Shown here one piece after another: positions 45,733 through 54,617 of a stretch of 64,000 bases of DNA. The translations under genes were made by a program, and so were the position numbers. The stretch lies in contig JAZUIL010000143.1 in NCBI GenBank assembly GCA_045642245.1, positions 1,665-65,664 on the forward strand, in the 5' to 3' direction. Below the pieces are notes generated by a model, which was not told where the DNA came from, did not search any database, and saw only the letters and a list, made by a program, of their open reading frames with translations. The stretch is from Bacteroidales bacterium (GTDB lineage Bacteria > Bacteroidota > Bacteroidia > Bacteroidales > UBA3663). Position 1 is the first letter of the stretch, and every line of letters begins with the position of its first letter.

Positions 45733-46365
45733 ATGATCGATACTCTAAATAAATGGGATCACCAGCTCATACTATGGATGAATGGAGATGCCGGCATATT
45801 TTGGGATCAATTCTGGTATATTTACTCCGGTAAGTTTACCTGGATTCCACTATACGTGCTTCTGCTATGGTTCATGGTTGATCGATGTCGAAAATGTAAG
45901 GATATCGCATTCTGGCATCATCTTTCTATTTGCGTTTTCTGTACAGTTTTGCTAATCCTATTATCAGATCAAATTGCAAGTGGATTAATCAAACCTTTAG
46001 TATGTCGTCTACGACCAAGCCATGAACCCGGCTTAATGGATAGCCTGCATTATGTCAACGATTATCGTGGCAGTCAATATGGTTTTGTTTCAAGCCATGC
46101 GTCAAACAGTATTTCAATTGCTCTTTGGCTTGGTTGGTTACTCTGGACACAGCTGAAACACATAGGGGGAAAGATCCACAATCAATGGGGCCAATCTTTC
46201 AGATGGATTCTGATCATATGGGCAATACTGAATTGCTATAGCCGCATTTATCTTGGTGTACACTACTTCGGAGACATACTAGGCGGTCTGTTTGTAGGCT
46301 GGATCAGTTTCTTACTTATCCGTCAAATCTATCTTTGGTCATTTAATCGTTTCAAAATTGAATAA
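45733..46365 (+). CDS. PAP2 family membrane phosphatase
   Basis: 210 aa with PAP2 motifs KPLVCRLRP, SSHASN and SRIYLGVHYFGD. Confidence 0.8.
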   Translation: MIDTLNKWDHQLILWMNGDAGIFWDQFWYIYSGKFTWIPLYVLLLWFMVDRCRKCKDIAFWHHLSICVFCTVLLILLSDQIASGLIKPLVCRLRPSHEPGLMDSLHYVNDYRGSQYGFVSSHASNSISIALWLGWLLWTQLKHIGGKIHNQWGQSFRWILIIWAILNCYSRIYLGVHYFGDILGGLFVGWISFLLIRQIYLWSFNRFKIE

Positions 46366-46369
46366 AAAA

Positions 46370-46400
46370 ATGAGCGCTCTTTTTTATATTGAGCGCTCAT
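46370..46400. terminator. Bidirectional terminator between the PAP2 gene and the LytTR regulator
   Basis: Perfect 10-bp stem ATGAGCGCTC / GAGCGCTCAT flanked by A7 and T-rich runs. The right arm overlaps the last codons of the LytTR gene. Confidence 0.7.
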
Positions 46401-47103
46401 TAATATATTCCATAAATTTCTGCTTATAATTATCTCCTACAGGGATATAGACATCATCAAAGATAATTCGCATTCTACTGATCTCCTGTATCTTATTCAT
46501 ATTAACGATATAAGATCTATGAACACGCATAAACGATTTATCTGGCAAAATCTCTTCCATTCGTTTCATGCTCATCAATGGCATCAAAGGCTTAGCCTGA
46601 CCTTCTAAGAAAATACGAAGATACTCTCCCATACTTTCCACATATTTAATATCAGCGAATGCTATTCGGTTAATACGATAGTCATTCTTAACAAAAAGCG
46701 ATTCATTCTGAACTTCTGTCACTTGAACCTTGTTGTCTTCAGACTTTCCTTCAATCAACCTATGTGCACGATCGACAGCGCCCAAAAAATCCTGGAACCC
46801 AAATGGTTTAAGCAGATAATCTATCGCCTCTACCTTATAACCTTCTATAGCATATTCAGAATAAGCTGTAGTAAAGATAACCTTCGGTCCCTTTGTTAAT
46901 GAACGAACGAAATCCAGACCATTTAGATCTGGCATATTAATATCAACAAACATCAGATCGACCTGTTCTTCATTGATGATCTTAATAGCCTCAAGTGCAT
47001 CACGACACTTTCCTACTAGTTCAAGATAAGGAATCTTTGCAATATAATTTGAAATCTGAGCCAATGATAATGGCTCATCATCAATAGCAATACAACGAAT
47101 CAT
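46384..47103 (-). CDS. LytR/AlgR-family response regulator (REC + LytTR DNA-binding domain)
   Basis: 239 aa. REC domain: IAIDDEP...LMFVDINMPDLNG. LytTR domain: FMRVHRSYIVNMNKI. Confidence 0.9.
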   Translation of the reverse strand: MIRCIAIDDEPLSLAQISNYIAKIPYLELVGKCRDALEAIKIINEEQVDLMFVDINMPDLNGLDFVRSLTKGPKVIFTTAYSEYAIEGYKVEAIDYLLKPFGFQDFLGAVDRAHRLIEGKSEDNKVQVTEVQNESLFVKNDYRINRIAFADIKYVESMGEYLRIFLEGQAKPLMPLMSMKRMEEILPDKSFMRVHRSYIVNMNKIQEISRMRIIFDDVYIPVGDNYKQKFMEYINERSI

Positions 47104-47111
47104 AAAAGCAA

Positions 47112-48179
47112 TTAATATAAAGGTACATATAAATCGACGATATAATCTTTATCATTCGACACAATTTCAAGCTTATATCTGTCAGAATAAATAAGATCGA
47201 GACGTTTTCGGACATTAGCAATTCCTAAACCGCATCCTTTCTTCTGAATTACTTCCTGACTATAGTTACTATTCTGACAATGAAAGTGTATCAAATAACC
47301 CGGAGCTTCAGAATAATTTACACTAATATAGGATGGGTGACGATGCGAAATGCCATACTTAAAAGCATTTTCTATAAAAACGATACCAATTAATGGAGGA
47401 ACCTGTGTATTCAGATAACTAGCATTCTTATCTGGATCTTCATAAGTAATCTTCACGGATTCATCACATCGAAGTCGCATTAACTGTACAAAATGACGAT
47501 GGAACTCTAATTCTTTATATAATGGTACCGTTGTCGAACTTGTTTCATAAAGCATGTATCGCATCATTCGCGACAACTCTATAATTGCATCTTTTGCCAA
47601 TTGACCATCAATATCAACCAAAGCATGAATGTTATTTAGAGTATTCATGAAAAAATGCGGATTAATCTGATACTTCAGATAATCCAGCTCAGTCTTAATC
47701 TTCTCAGCCTCAGTGTCTTTCTCCAAGCGTTTTTCATGCCTTGATCGGAAAACAATACTGAAACACAAACACGTTCCAAGCATCAATAATGCCATTGTAA
47801 ATAACGACAAGAACTGACCTCGAACCTCCAAACCTTGTGAAATCATGTAATCTGCCGAGACAATGCTATAGATCGCCATGACAACAAAGGCAGACAAAAA
47901 AGCAAAAAAGATATACGACTTGATCTTCTGCTTGAAAAAATATTTTGGTTCCAGGAAGTACTTGCTCCAGAAAAACAAGATCAGAAACATCAAGTCTCCG
48001 CTCCAATCTGCAAGAATCTGGCTCCAGTCCATCGAATCTACTAATCCGATGGAATACTCATAATAACAATGTGAAAGGGGCCTGATAAAAACAAGAAACC
48101 ACGCGGCAATGTAGAATACATCTTCATTACCGACATGCTTACGAAGTATTTCCTTTAATCTGGATGTCTGTGATTCCAC
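47112..48179 (-). CDS. Sensor histidine kinase (LytS/YpdA-type His_kinase domain)
   Basis: Contains the LKYQINPHFFMNTLNNIHALV motif, an HATPase C-terminus and N-terminal TM helices. The start is uncertain. The ORF-track start at 48290 lies upstream of the promoter box at 48277-48284, so I chose the GTG at 48179. The ATG at 48029 is the alternative. Confidence 0.75.
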   Translation of the reverse strand: MESQTSRLKEILRKHVGNEDVFYIAAWFLVFIRPLSHCYYEYSIGLVDSMDWSQILADWSGDLMFLILFFWSKYFLEPKYFFKQKIKSYIFFAFLSAFVVMAIYSIVSADYMISQGLEVRGQFLSLFTMALLMLGTCLCFSIVFRSRHEKRLEKDTEAEKIKTELDYLKYQINPHFFMNTLNNIHALVDIDGQLAKDAIIELSRMMRYMLYETSSTTVPLYKELEFHRHFVQLMRLRCDESVKITYEDPDKNASYLNTQVPPLIGIVFIENAFKYGISHRHPSYISVNYSEAPGYLIHFHCQNSNYSQEVIQKKGCGLGIANVRKRLDLIYSDRYKLEIVSNDKDYIVDLYVPLY

Positions 48180-48276
48180 AGTGATATATAGAAACAAAAA
48201 AAAGGATTTAATAAGACAGCTAACTTCCAAGCAACGCCCCTTACATTTCTTGAACACTGTCTCATTAAATCCGTTG

Positions 48277-48284
48277 CAAAGGTA
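48277..48284 (-). promoter_or_regulatory. -7 promoter box TACCTTTG for the histidine kinase / LytTR operon
   Basis: The plus strand reads CAAAGGTA, so the minus strand reads TACCTTTG. Confidence 0.45.
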
Positions 48285-48364
48285 AAACAAAAGCTATACC
48301 CTTACAAATAAGTTCAACGAAACGTCAATTTTTAATCATCAATCTTTTTAAAGGATTGAAGTTT

Positions 48365-49105
48365 TTAATCTAAAACAGAGATTGTCATGCTTACATCCTC
48401 CATCGGACGATCTCCAGGTTGTGTCTTAACATTCTGGATTTTATCTACAACCTCAAGGCCTTCTACAACCTCACCAAAAACTGTATAGTTCTGATCAAGG
48501 AATGGTGTACCACCGATAGAAGTATAAATCTCTCTCTGTTCTGCAGAATACTTAGGAGCTCCTAATTCTTTAGCTTTTGCCATTGTTTGTTTCTGGAGAT
48601 CTTCCTGCAATGCCATCAATCCAGCATTGTCACGATTCTTACGCAGATCGAGAATCTTACTGCGGTTCTCCACTACTAATTGATTAAAAATACCCTGAAG
48701 CTGCTGTTGCTCCATCTGCTTCTCCATCTGTGTCAACTTACCAGCGCTATACACTTCACCAGTAACGATATAAAACTGAGATCCACTTGATCGTTTCTCT
48801 GGATTAACTTCATCTCCCTGACGAGCTGCTGCTAAAGCACCTTTCTTATGAATCAAATTGAGATTAAACTCTGCAGGAATAGTATAATCTGGACCACCTG
48901 AACCAAGATGAGCACCAGCAGAAGCACCTTTACTATCAGGATCACCACCTTGTACCATAAAATTCTTGATTACACGGTGAAATAGGGTTCCATCATAATA
49001 TCCTTCAGATGCAAGTTTCAAAAAGTTATCACGATGCAATGGTGTTTCGTCATAGAGACGAACAGTAATATCACCAAGGCTTGTCTTAATTAATACTTTT
49101 GCCAT
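48365..49105 (-). CDS. Peptidyl-prolyl cis-trans isomerase, cyclophilin type, with a ~75-aa internal helical insertion
   Basis: Contains FHRVIKNFMVQGGDP, GSQFYIVTG and TVFGEVVEGLEVVDKI. The start is trimmed to MAKVLIKT (49105). Confidence 0.85.
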   Translation of the reverse strand: MAKVLIKTSLGDITVRLYDETPLHRDNFLKLASEGYYDGTLFHRVIKNFMVQGGDPDSKGASAGAHLGSGGPDYTIPAEFNLNLIHKKGALAAARQGDEVNPEKRSSGSQFYIVTGEVYSAGKLTQMEKQMEQQQLQGIFNQLVVENRSKILDLRKNRDNAGLMALQEDLQKQTMAKAKELGAPKYSAEQREIYTSIGGTPFLDQNYTVFGEVVEGLEVVDKIQNVKTQPGDRPMEDVSMTISVLD

Positions 49106-49295
49106 TATTCTTATCAATTTGTGGATTATTTGCCACTGTGCAATTGCTTGCGCAAGGGCTCAAACACACTATTTGTTACTTATTATACGACTTTCAATTG
49201 CAAGTTAGCGTTTACAAAATTCAGTTTATAAGTGCTGATTAATGTAATTTCTGTAAAAAAAACAAATAAGATTTGCTCATAAAACACGAACACGC

Positions 49296-49303
49296 TATCT
49301 TTG
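49296..49303 (+). promoter_or_regulatory. Orphan plus-strand -7 promoter box TATCTTTG bracketed by a 9-bp inverted repeat
   Basis: TATCTTTG lies between AAAACACGA (49281-49289) and TCGTGTTTT (49306-49314). There is no plus-strand gene downstream, only the terminator at 49347. Confidence 0.4.
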
Positions 49304-49309
49304 CATCGT

Positions 49310-49375
49310 GTTTTTCATGGTATTAGATTTTAAGGTTAATGCAAAAGGGTCGTCGTGATGACGCCCCTTTTTTGT
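49310..49375 (+). ncRNA. Candidate ~65-nt small RNA (promoter-to-terminator unit, unverified)
   Basis: The TAnnTTTG box at 49296-49303 and the terminator hairpin plus U-run at 49347-49375 delimit a short plus-strand transcript. There is no credible ORF and no family I recognise. Confidence 0.25.
49347..49373. terminator. Bidirectional rho-independent terminator at the purM 3' end
   Basis: GGGTCGTC gtgat GACGCCCC (one bulged T). It is followed by TTTTTTGTTTTT on the plus strand and by TTTTGC on the minus strand, 10 nt after the purM stop. Confidence 0.7.
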
Positions 49376-49377
49376 TT

Positions 49378-50547
49378 TTATTCGTACTCAAATACACCAT
49401 TCTCGGTATGAAGAGTAACCTTAGCGCCTTCCGGACGATCCTCAACTCTACCGATAATCTGCGCATCAATATTGAAGCTCTTAGCAATATCAATGACTTC
49501 CTGAGCCTTTTCTGCCGGGAGATATACTTCAAGTCGATGGCCCATATTGAATACCTTATACATTTCTGACCAATCTGTTCCTGACTGCTCGTGGATAGTA
49601 CGGAAGAGTGGTGGGATTGGGAAGAGGTTGTCCTTAATCACATGAAGGTTCTTAATGAAGTGAAGTACCTTAGTCTGAGCACCGCCAGAACAGTGAACCA
49701 TGCCATGAATGCTATGACGCATTGCATCAAGCATCTTCTTTACAACAGGAGCATAAGTACGAGTTGGACTCAAAACCAACTTACCAGCATCGAGAGGAGA
49801 ACCCTCTACTACATCTGTCAACTTCAAACCGCCGCTATAAACGAGATCCTCTGGTACTGCATGATCATAAGACTCTGGATACTTCTCAGCCAAGTACTTA
49901 GCGAAAACATCATGACGAGCAGAAGTAAGACCGTTTGAGCCCATGCCTCCGTTATACTCCTTCTCATAGGTAGCCTGACCATAGCTAGCAAGACCAACAA
50001 TTACATCACCAGCCTGAATATTGGCATTATTGATGACATCACTACGCTTCATACGACAGGTTACAGTGCTATCAACAATAATCGTACGAGCAAGATCGCC
50101 TACGTCTGCAGTCTCACCACCTGTACCATAAACACCGATACCCATTTCGCGAAGTTCCTGCATGAGTTCATCATTGCCATTGATTACAGCACTAATGACT
50201 TCTCCTGGAATCAGCATTTTATTTCGACCGATTGTGCTACTAACGAGAATATTATCTACAGCACCTACACAGATAAGGTCATCAATATTCATAATGAGAG
50301 AATCCTGGGCGATACCTTTCCAAACAGAGACATCGCCAGTCTCTTTCCAATACATGTATGCAAGAGAAGTCTTTGTTCCTGCACCATCTGCATGCATAAT
50401 GTTGCAGTATTCCGGATCACCACCTAAGATATCTGGGATGATCTTGCAAAAAGCCTGAGGATAAAGGCCTTTATCTATATTCTTGATGGCATTATGCACA
50501 TCTTCCTTGCTGGCACTTACACCACGCATCATGTAACGCTGATCCAT
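49378..50547 (-). CDS. purM: Phosphoribosylformylglycinamidine cyclo-ligase-like (AIR synthase family, long Bacteroidetes form)
   Basis: 389 aa with MHADGAGTKTSLAYMYW and AIR-synthase N/C domain patterns (VGAVDNI, GLASYGQATYE). Confidence 0.7.
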   Translation of the reverse strand: MDQRYMMRGVSASKEDVHNAIKNIDKGLYPQAFCKIIPDILGGDPEYCNIMHADGAGTKTSLAYMYWKETGDVSVWKGIAQDSLIMNIDDLICVGAVDNILVSSTIGRNKMLIPGEVISAVINGNDELMQELREMGIGVYGTGGETADVGDLARTIIVDSTVTCRMKRSDVINNANIQAGDVIVGLASYGQATYEKEYNGGMGSNGLTSARHDVFAKYLAEKYPESYDHAVPEDLVYSGGLKLTDVVEGSPLDAGKLVLSPTRTYAPVVKKMLDAMRHSIHGMVHCSGGAQTKVLHFIKNLHVIKDNLFPIPPLFRTIHEQSGTDWSEMYKVFNMGHRLEVYLPAEKAQEVIDIAKSFNIDAQIIGRVEDRPEGAKVTLHTENGVFEYE

Positions 50548-50559
50548 ATAAATTATAGA

Positions 50560-50586
50560 ATTACTAATTACTAATTACTAATTACA
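50560..50586. repeat. Heptanucleotide microsatellite (ATTACTA) x ~3.9
   Basis: ATTACTAATTACTAATTACTAATTACA lies 13 nt upstream of the purM ATG, in the 76-nt uvrA-purM spacer. Confidence 0.9.
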
Positions 50587-50623
50587 ATTTCATATTAGCG
50601 AACTCCTGATCAGGAAAAGTCTA

Positions 50624-53461
50624 TCATTGTAGTTCTTCCTTCAAGAATTTTGTTGTCCAAGTATCTGCTGCTTTTTTCTTTGACCTGGAAAGTCCACAGA
50701 TTTCCTCTGGAGTGCCTTGAGCAACAATATAGCCACCAGCAGCACCGCCATCCGGACCCATATCAATCAAATAATCACAACACTTTATCACATCCAGGTT
50801 ATGCTCGATGATTACAACCGTATTGCCTTTATCGACCAATCGATTGATACAATTCATCAGAACACGGATATCTTCAAAATGGAGACCTGTAGTAGGCTCA
50901 TCAAGAATATATAAAGTCTTGCCTGTCTGTTTCTTTGCGAGTTCTGTTGCCAACTTTACTCGCTGGCTCTCTCCTCCTGACAATGTAGTTGATGGCTGCC
51001 CAAGTTTAATATAACCCAAGCCTACTTCCTGTAGGACACTGATCTTATAAAGAATAGTCGGTACATTCTCAAAGAACTCTACTGCTTGATTGATCGTCAT
51101 GTTTAGCACATCGGCAATAGACTTTCCTTTGAAACGGACCTCAAGTGTCTCTCGATTATATCGCTTACCGTGACATGCCTCACACTGAACCATGACATCT
51201 GGCAAGAAATTCATTTCAATATTCTTATATCCATTGCCGGAACATACCTCACATCGGCCACCACCTACATTAAAGGAGAATCTACCTGGCTTATAACCTC
51301 TCATCTGAGCCTCAGGCAACTGAACGAACAGATTTCGAATATCCTGAAAAACGCCAGTATAAGTGGCAGGATTTGAACGTGGAGTTCTACCCAAAGGACT
51401 CTGATCAACAGTTACAACTTTATCAATCAGCTCAAGCCCCTCTATGCTCTCATATGGTAATGGCTGTTGCAAAGAACGATAGAAATGTTGACTCAGAATA
51501 GGTTGCAAGGTTCCATTGATCAATGAAGACTTGCCAGATCCAGACACACCTGTGATTCCTACCAAACACCCTAAAGGCAGATCAAGAGTAACACCTTTTA
51601 GATTATGACCTGTAGCTCCGGATACGATCAAATGCTTTCCATTACCAGGTCTTCTAGTCTTTGGCACTTCAATCTTTCTTGCACCGTTCAGATAATCACT
51701 TGTCACCGTATGTTGAGACAACATCTCTTCCGGAGAACCTTGGAACACAACATTTCCACCTTTTCGTCCAGCCTCAGGGCCAATATCAACAACATAATCA
51801 GACTTGAGCATCATATCCTTGTCATGCTCAACGACAATGATTGTATTGCCGATGTCACGTAGCTCTTTCAAGGAGTTGATGAGCAACTGATTATCACGCT
51901 GATGCAAGCCAATTGAAGGTTCGTCAAGAATATATAGTACATTGACTAATTGTGTTCCAATCTGTGTCGCCAAACGAATACGCTGGCTTTCACCTCCAGA
52001 AAGAGTCATTGTAGCACGATCAAGAGAGAGATAACCAAGACCTACCCCAAGAAGGAAACTAATACGTGTACCTATTTCTTTCAAAATCTCACCTGCTACT
52101 TGCAACTGTCGCTCTGACAGTTTCGTAGGGAGTTGATTAATCCACACAGCCAAGTCTGTAAGTGTCATTGCACTTACATCAGCAATATTTTTCCCGTCAA
52201 GGAAATAATGAAGAGCTTCCTTATTTAATCTTTGTCCGTTACACTCCGGACATGGACGTGTCGAACTAAAAGACTCTGCCCAACGACGCTCTTTAGCAGA
52301 AGCCTCATCTCCTGCTGCATCTTGAAGATATTTTACAAGACCTTCATATGGCATTGTCATCATAGAATAGCCGACACTACCCACACTATCTTCATTGACA
52401 TGATAGCATTGACCAGTTCCAGACAATACAGCTTCTAATGCTTCCTCCGACAGATCCTTGATAGGAGTTGATAGTTCTGCATCATAAGTCTGAAGCAAAG
52501 CCTCAATCTGCCAGAAGATCATAGATTTCTTCTGTTTACCCAATGGCACAATTCCACCATCAGCAATGCTCAGCGATGGATTTGGAATAATCTTGTCACG
52601 ATCTACCATGGTGACTGTACCTAATCCATGGCAATGTGGACAAGCACCCATTGGACTGTTGAAAGAAAAATCATGTGGTGCAGGATCTTTATATGAGATT
52701 CCTGTCACAGGATCCATCAATGTGCGACTATAATAACGGATAGCATCAGGCAAATCTGCCGAGAGGATCATCATCATTCCCTCTCCCATTCTCATAGCCA
52801 AGCGAACACTTTCACGCAAACGATGTTCATCGATAGCTTCTACTCGCATCTTATCTACTACGAGCTCTATGCTATGATTCTTATATCTATCCAGCTGCAA
52901 TCCATGGAGAATCTCTCTCATCTCTCCATCAATTCGCACATTGAGATAACCTTTCTTTCGAAGGTTTTCAAATAAATCTCTATAATGGCCCTTACGATTA
53001 CGGACCAATGGAGACAAAAGGTATACGCGTTGACCATCATAGTCCTTCAATATCAAGTCTATGATCTGATCTTCGCTAAATCTAACCATCTTTTCACCGC
53101 TCAAATAAGAATATGCCTCACCGGTTCGTGCATACAGCAGACGAAGGAAGTCATATATCTCTGTGGTTGTACCGACAGTTGAACGGGGATTATGGTTGGT
53201 AGTTTTTTGTTCGATACTGATTACTGGGCTTAATCCACTGATCTTGTCGACATCAGGACGTTCCAGATTACCTAAGAAATTACGGGCATAACTAGAGAAC
53301 GTCTCGATATAGCGCCGCTGACCTTCGGCATAAATAGTGTCGAAGGCCAGCGATGATTTACCCGAACCTGAGAGTCCGGTGATGACAGTTAACGAATGAC
53401 CAGGAATGGTCACATCGATATTCTTCAGATTATGGACGCGAGCGCCCAGAACTTCTATCAT
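50624..53461 (-). CDS. uvrA: Excinuclease ABC subunit A
   Basis: 945 aa with two ABC modules (GLSGSGKSSLAFDT, GVSGSGKSSLING) and zinc modules (CPHCHGLG, CPECNGQR, CEVCSGNG...CEACHGKR). Confidence 0.97.
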   Translation of the reverse strand: MIEVLGARVHNLKNIDVTIPGHSLTVITGLSGSGKSSLAFDTIYAEGQRRYIETFSSYARNFLGNLERPDVDKISGLSPVISIEQKTTNHNPRSTVGTTTEIYDFLRLLYARTGEAYSYLSGEKMVRFSEDQIIDLILKDYDGQRVYLLSPLVRNRKGHYRDLFENLRKKGYLNVRIDGEMREILHGLQLDRYKNHSIELVVDKMRVEAIDEHRLRESVRLAMRMGEGMMMILSADLPDAIRYYSRTLMDPVTGISYKDPAPHDFSFNSPMGACPHCHGLGTVTMVDRDKIIPNPSLSIADGGIVPLGKQKKSMIFWQIEALLQTYDAELSTPIKDLSEEALEAVLSGTGQCYHVNEDSVGSVGYSMMTMPYEGLVKYLQDAAGDEASAKERRWAESFSSTRPCPECNGQRLNKEALHYFLDGKNIADVSAMTLTDLAVWINQLPTKLSERQLQVAGEILKEIGTRISFLLGVGLGYLSLDRATMTLSGGESQRIRLATQIGTQLVNVLYILDEPSIGLHQRDNQLLINSLKELRDIGNTIIVVEHDKDMMLKSDYVVDIGPEAGRKGGNVVFQGSPEEMLSQHTVTSDYLNGARKIEVPKTRRPGNGKHLIVSGATGHNLKGVTLDLPLGCLVGITGVSGSGKSSLINGTLQPILSQHFYRSLQQPLPYESIEGLELIDKVVTVDQSPLGRTPRSNPATYTGVFQDIRNLFVQLPEAQMRGYKPGRFSFNVGGGRCEVCSGNGYKNIEMNFLPDVMVQCEACHGKRYNRETLEVRFKGKSIADVLNMTINQAVEFFENVPTILYKISVLQEVGLGYIKLGQPSTTLSGGESQRVKLATELAKKQTGKTLYILDEPTTGLHFEDIRVLMNCINRLVDKGNTVVIIEHNLDVIKCCDYLIDMGPDGGAAGGYIVAQGTPEEICGLSRSKKKAADTWTTKFLKEELQ

Positions 53462-53470
53462 TATCAGTTT

Positions 53471-54439
53471 TTATTCTTTTGCTTTCCAGCCAAGAGCTGC
53501 AGCACCGAGTACAGCAGCATCAGCTGACTTAAGGCCAGAAGGCAGTACCTTGATCTTACCCTTCCAGATAGCAAGGAGGCTATTCTCCATAGCATCTACG
53601 ATAGGCTTCATCAAAAGGTCACCTGCCTGAGCAAGACCACCGAAGAGGATGATAGCCTCAGGAGCAGAGAAGCTTACGAAATCAGCAAATGCCTCACCCA
53701 TGATCTTACCTGTGAACTCGAAGATCTCCTTTGCAAGAGCATCACCCTTCTGAGCTGCATCAAATACGTCCTTTGAAGTAATCTTCTCTGGATCAATTGC
53801 ACGAAGGAGAGAGTCTTCTGTACGAGTCTGGAGGAATTCACGAGCAGAACGAGCTACACCTGTAGCAGAGCAATAGCACTCAAGGTGATCAGTATGACCG
53901 CAACCGCAAAGACGATTACCCTGATGGCGAACACGTACGTGACCGAGCTCACCAGCAAAACCGTCATGACCATAAACGAGCTCGCCATTGATAACGATAC
54001 CAGAACCAACACCAGTACCAAGAGTAATCTCGATAAAGTCACGCATACCCTTTGCAGCGCCATAGGTCATCTCACCGATAGCAGCAGCATTAGCATCATT
54101 AGTAACAGCAACAGGAATACCGAGACGCTCATAAAGGCTCTCTGCCAATGGGAGGACGCCCTTCCAAGGGAGGTTTGGCGCGAACTCAATATTACCAGTA
54201 TAATAATTGGCATTAGGAGCACCGATACCGATACCGGTGATCATCTGAGAACCACCAACCTGCTCCATTACCTCGCGAAGTGCTGCAGCAATGGCATCAA
54301 TGAAATCATTGAAGTCAGGATAATTCTGTGTTTTGATGGAAGTCGTAGCAACTACACGGCCACGAGTGTCGGCAATACCCATTACGGTGTTTGTTCCACC
54401 ACAGTCAATGCCGATAACATAAGGTTTGCAAGTAACCAT
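53471..54439 (-). CDS. ROK family glucokinase
   Basis: 322 aa with IGIDCGGTNT and the ROK signature GHDGFAGELGH...C.CGHTDHLECYCS. Confidence 0.85.
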   Translation of the reverse strand: MVTCKPYVIGIDCGGTNTVMGIADTRGRVVATTSIKTQNYPDFNDFIDAIAAALREVMEQVGGSQMITGIGIGAPNANYYTGNIEFAPNLPWKGVLPLAESLYERLGIPVAVTNDANAAAIGEMTYGAAKGMRDFIEITLGTGVGSGIVINGELVYGHDGFAGELGHVRVRHQGNRLCGCGHTDHLECYCSATGVARSAREFLQTRTEDSLLRAIDPEKITSKDVFDAAQKGDALAKEIFEFTGKIMGEAFADFVSFSAPEAIILFGGLAQAGDLLMKPIVDAMENSLLAIWKGKIKVLPSGLKSADAAVLGAAALGWKAKE

Positions 54440-54540
54440 TTTAAGGAAAATTTAAGTGTATTGATTATTGTGTTTACAATCACAAAACGATTAATAAGCG
54501 TTCATGAAATAATAATAATTCCAACTTATTAATACGGGTG

Positions 54541-54548
54541 CAAATTTA
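54541..54548 (-). promoter_or_regulatory. -7 promoter box TAAATTTG for the glucokinase-uvrA(-purM) unit
   Basis: The plus strand reads CAAATTTA, so the minus strand reads TAAATTTG, about 100 nt upstream of the ATG at 54439. Confidence 0.45.
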
Positions 54549-54617
54549 ATAAATTATTTTAAAACGAACAAGAGAACGTCTCAATTATTAATAAGAAAGA
54601 CTATTTATTGTAAATTT

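Noticed and set aside
49317-49358. 13-codon mini-ORF (MVLDFKVNAKGSS) as a leader peptide
   Set aside because: It has no regulatory codon pattern, its stop lies inside the terminator stem, and no downstream plus-strand gene exists to attenuate. I keep it only as a note under the sRNA candidate.
53885-54532. 215-aa plus-strand ORF overlapping the ROK glucokinase gene
   Set aside because: It is antisense to a gene with clear ROK motifs. Its Thr/Ile/Asn-rich translation has no motifs and there is no promoter box.
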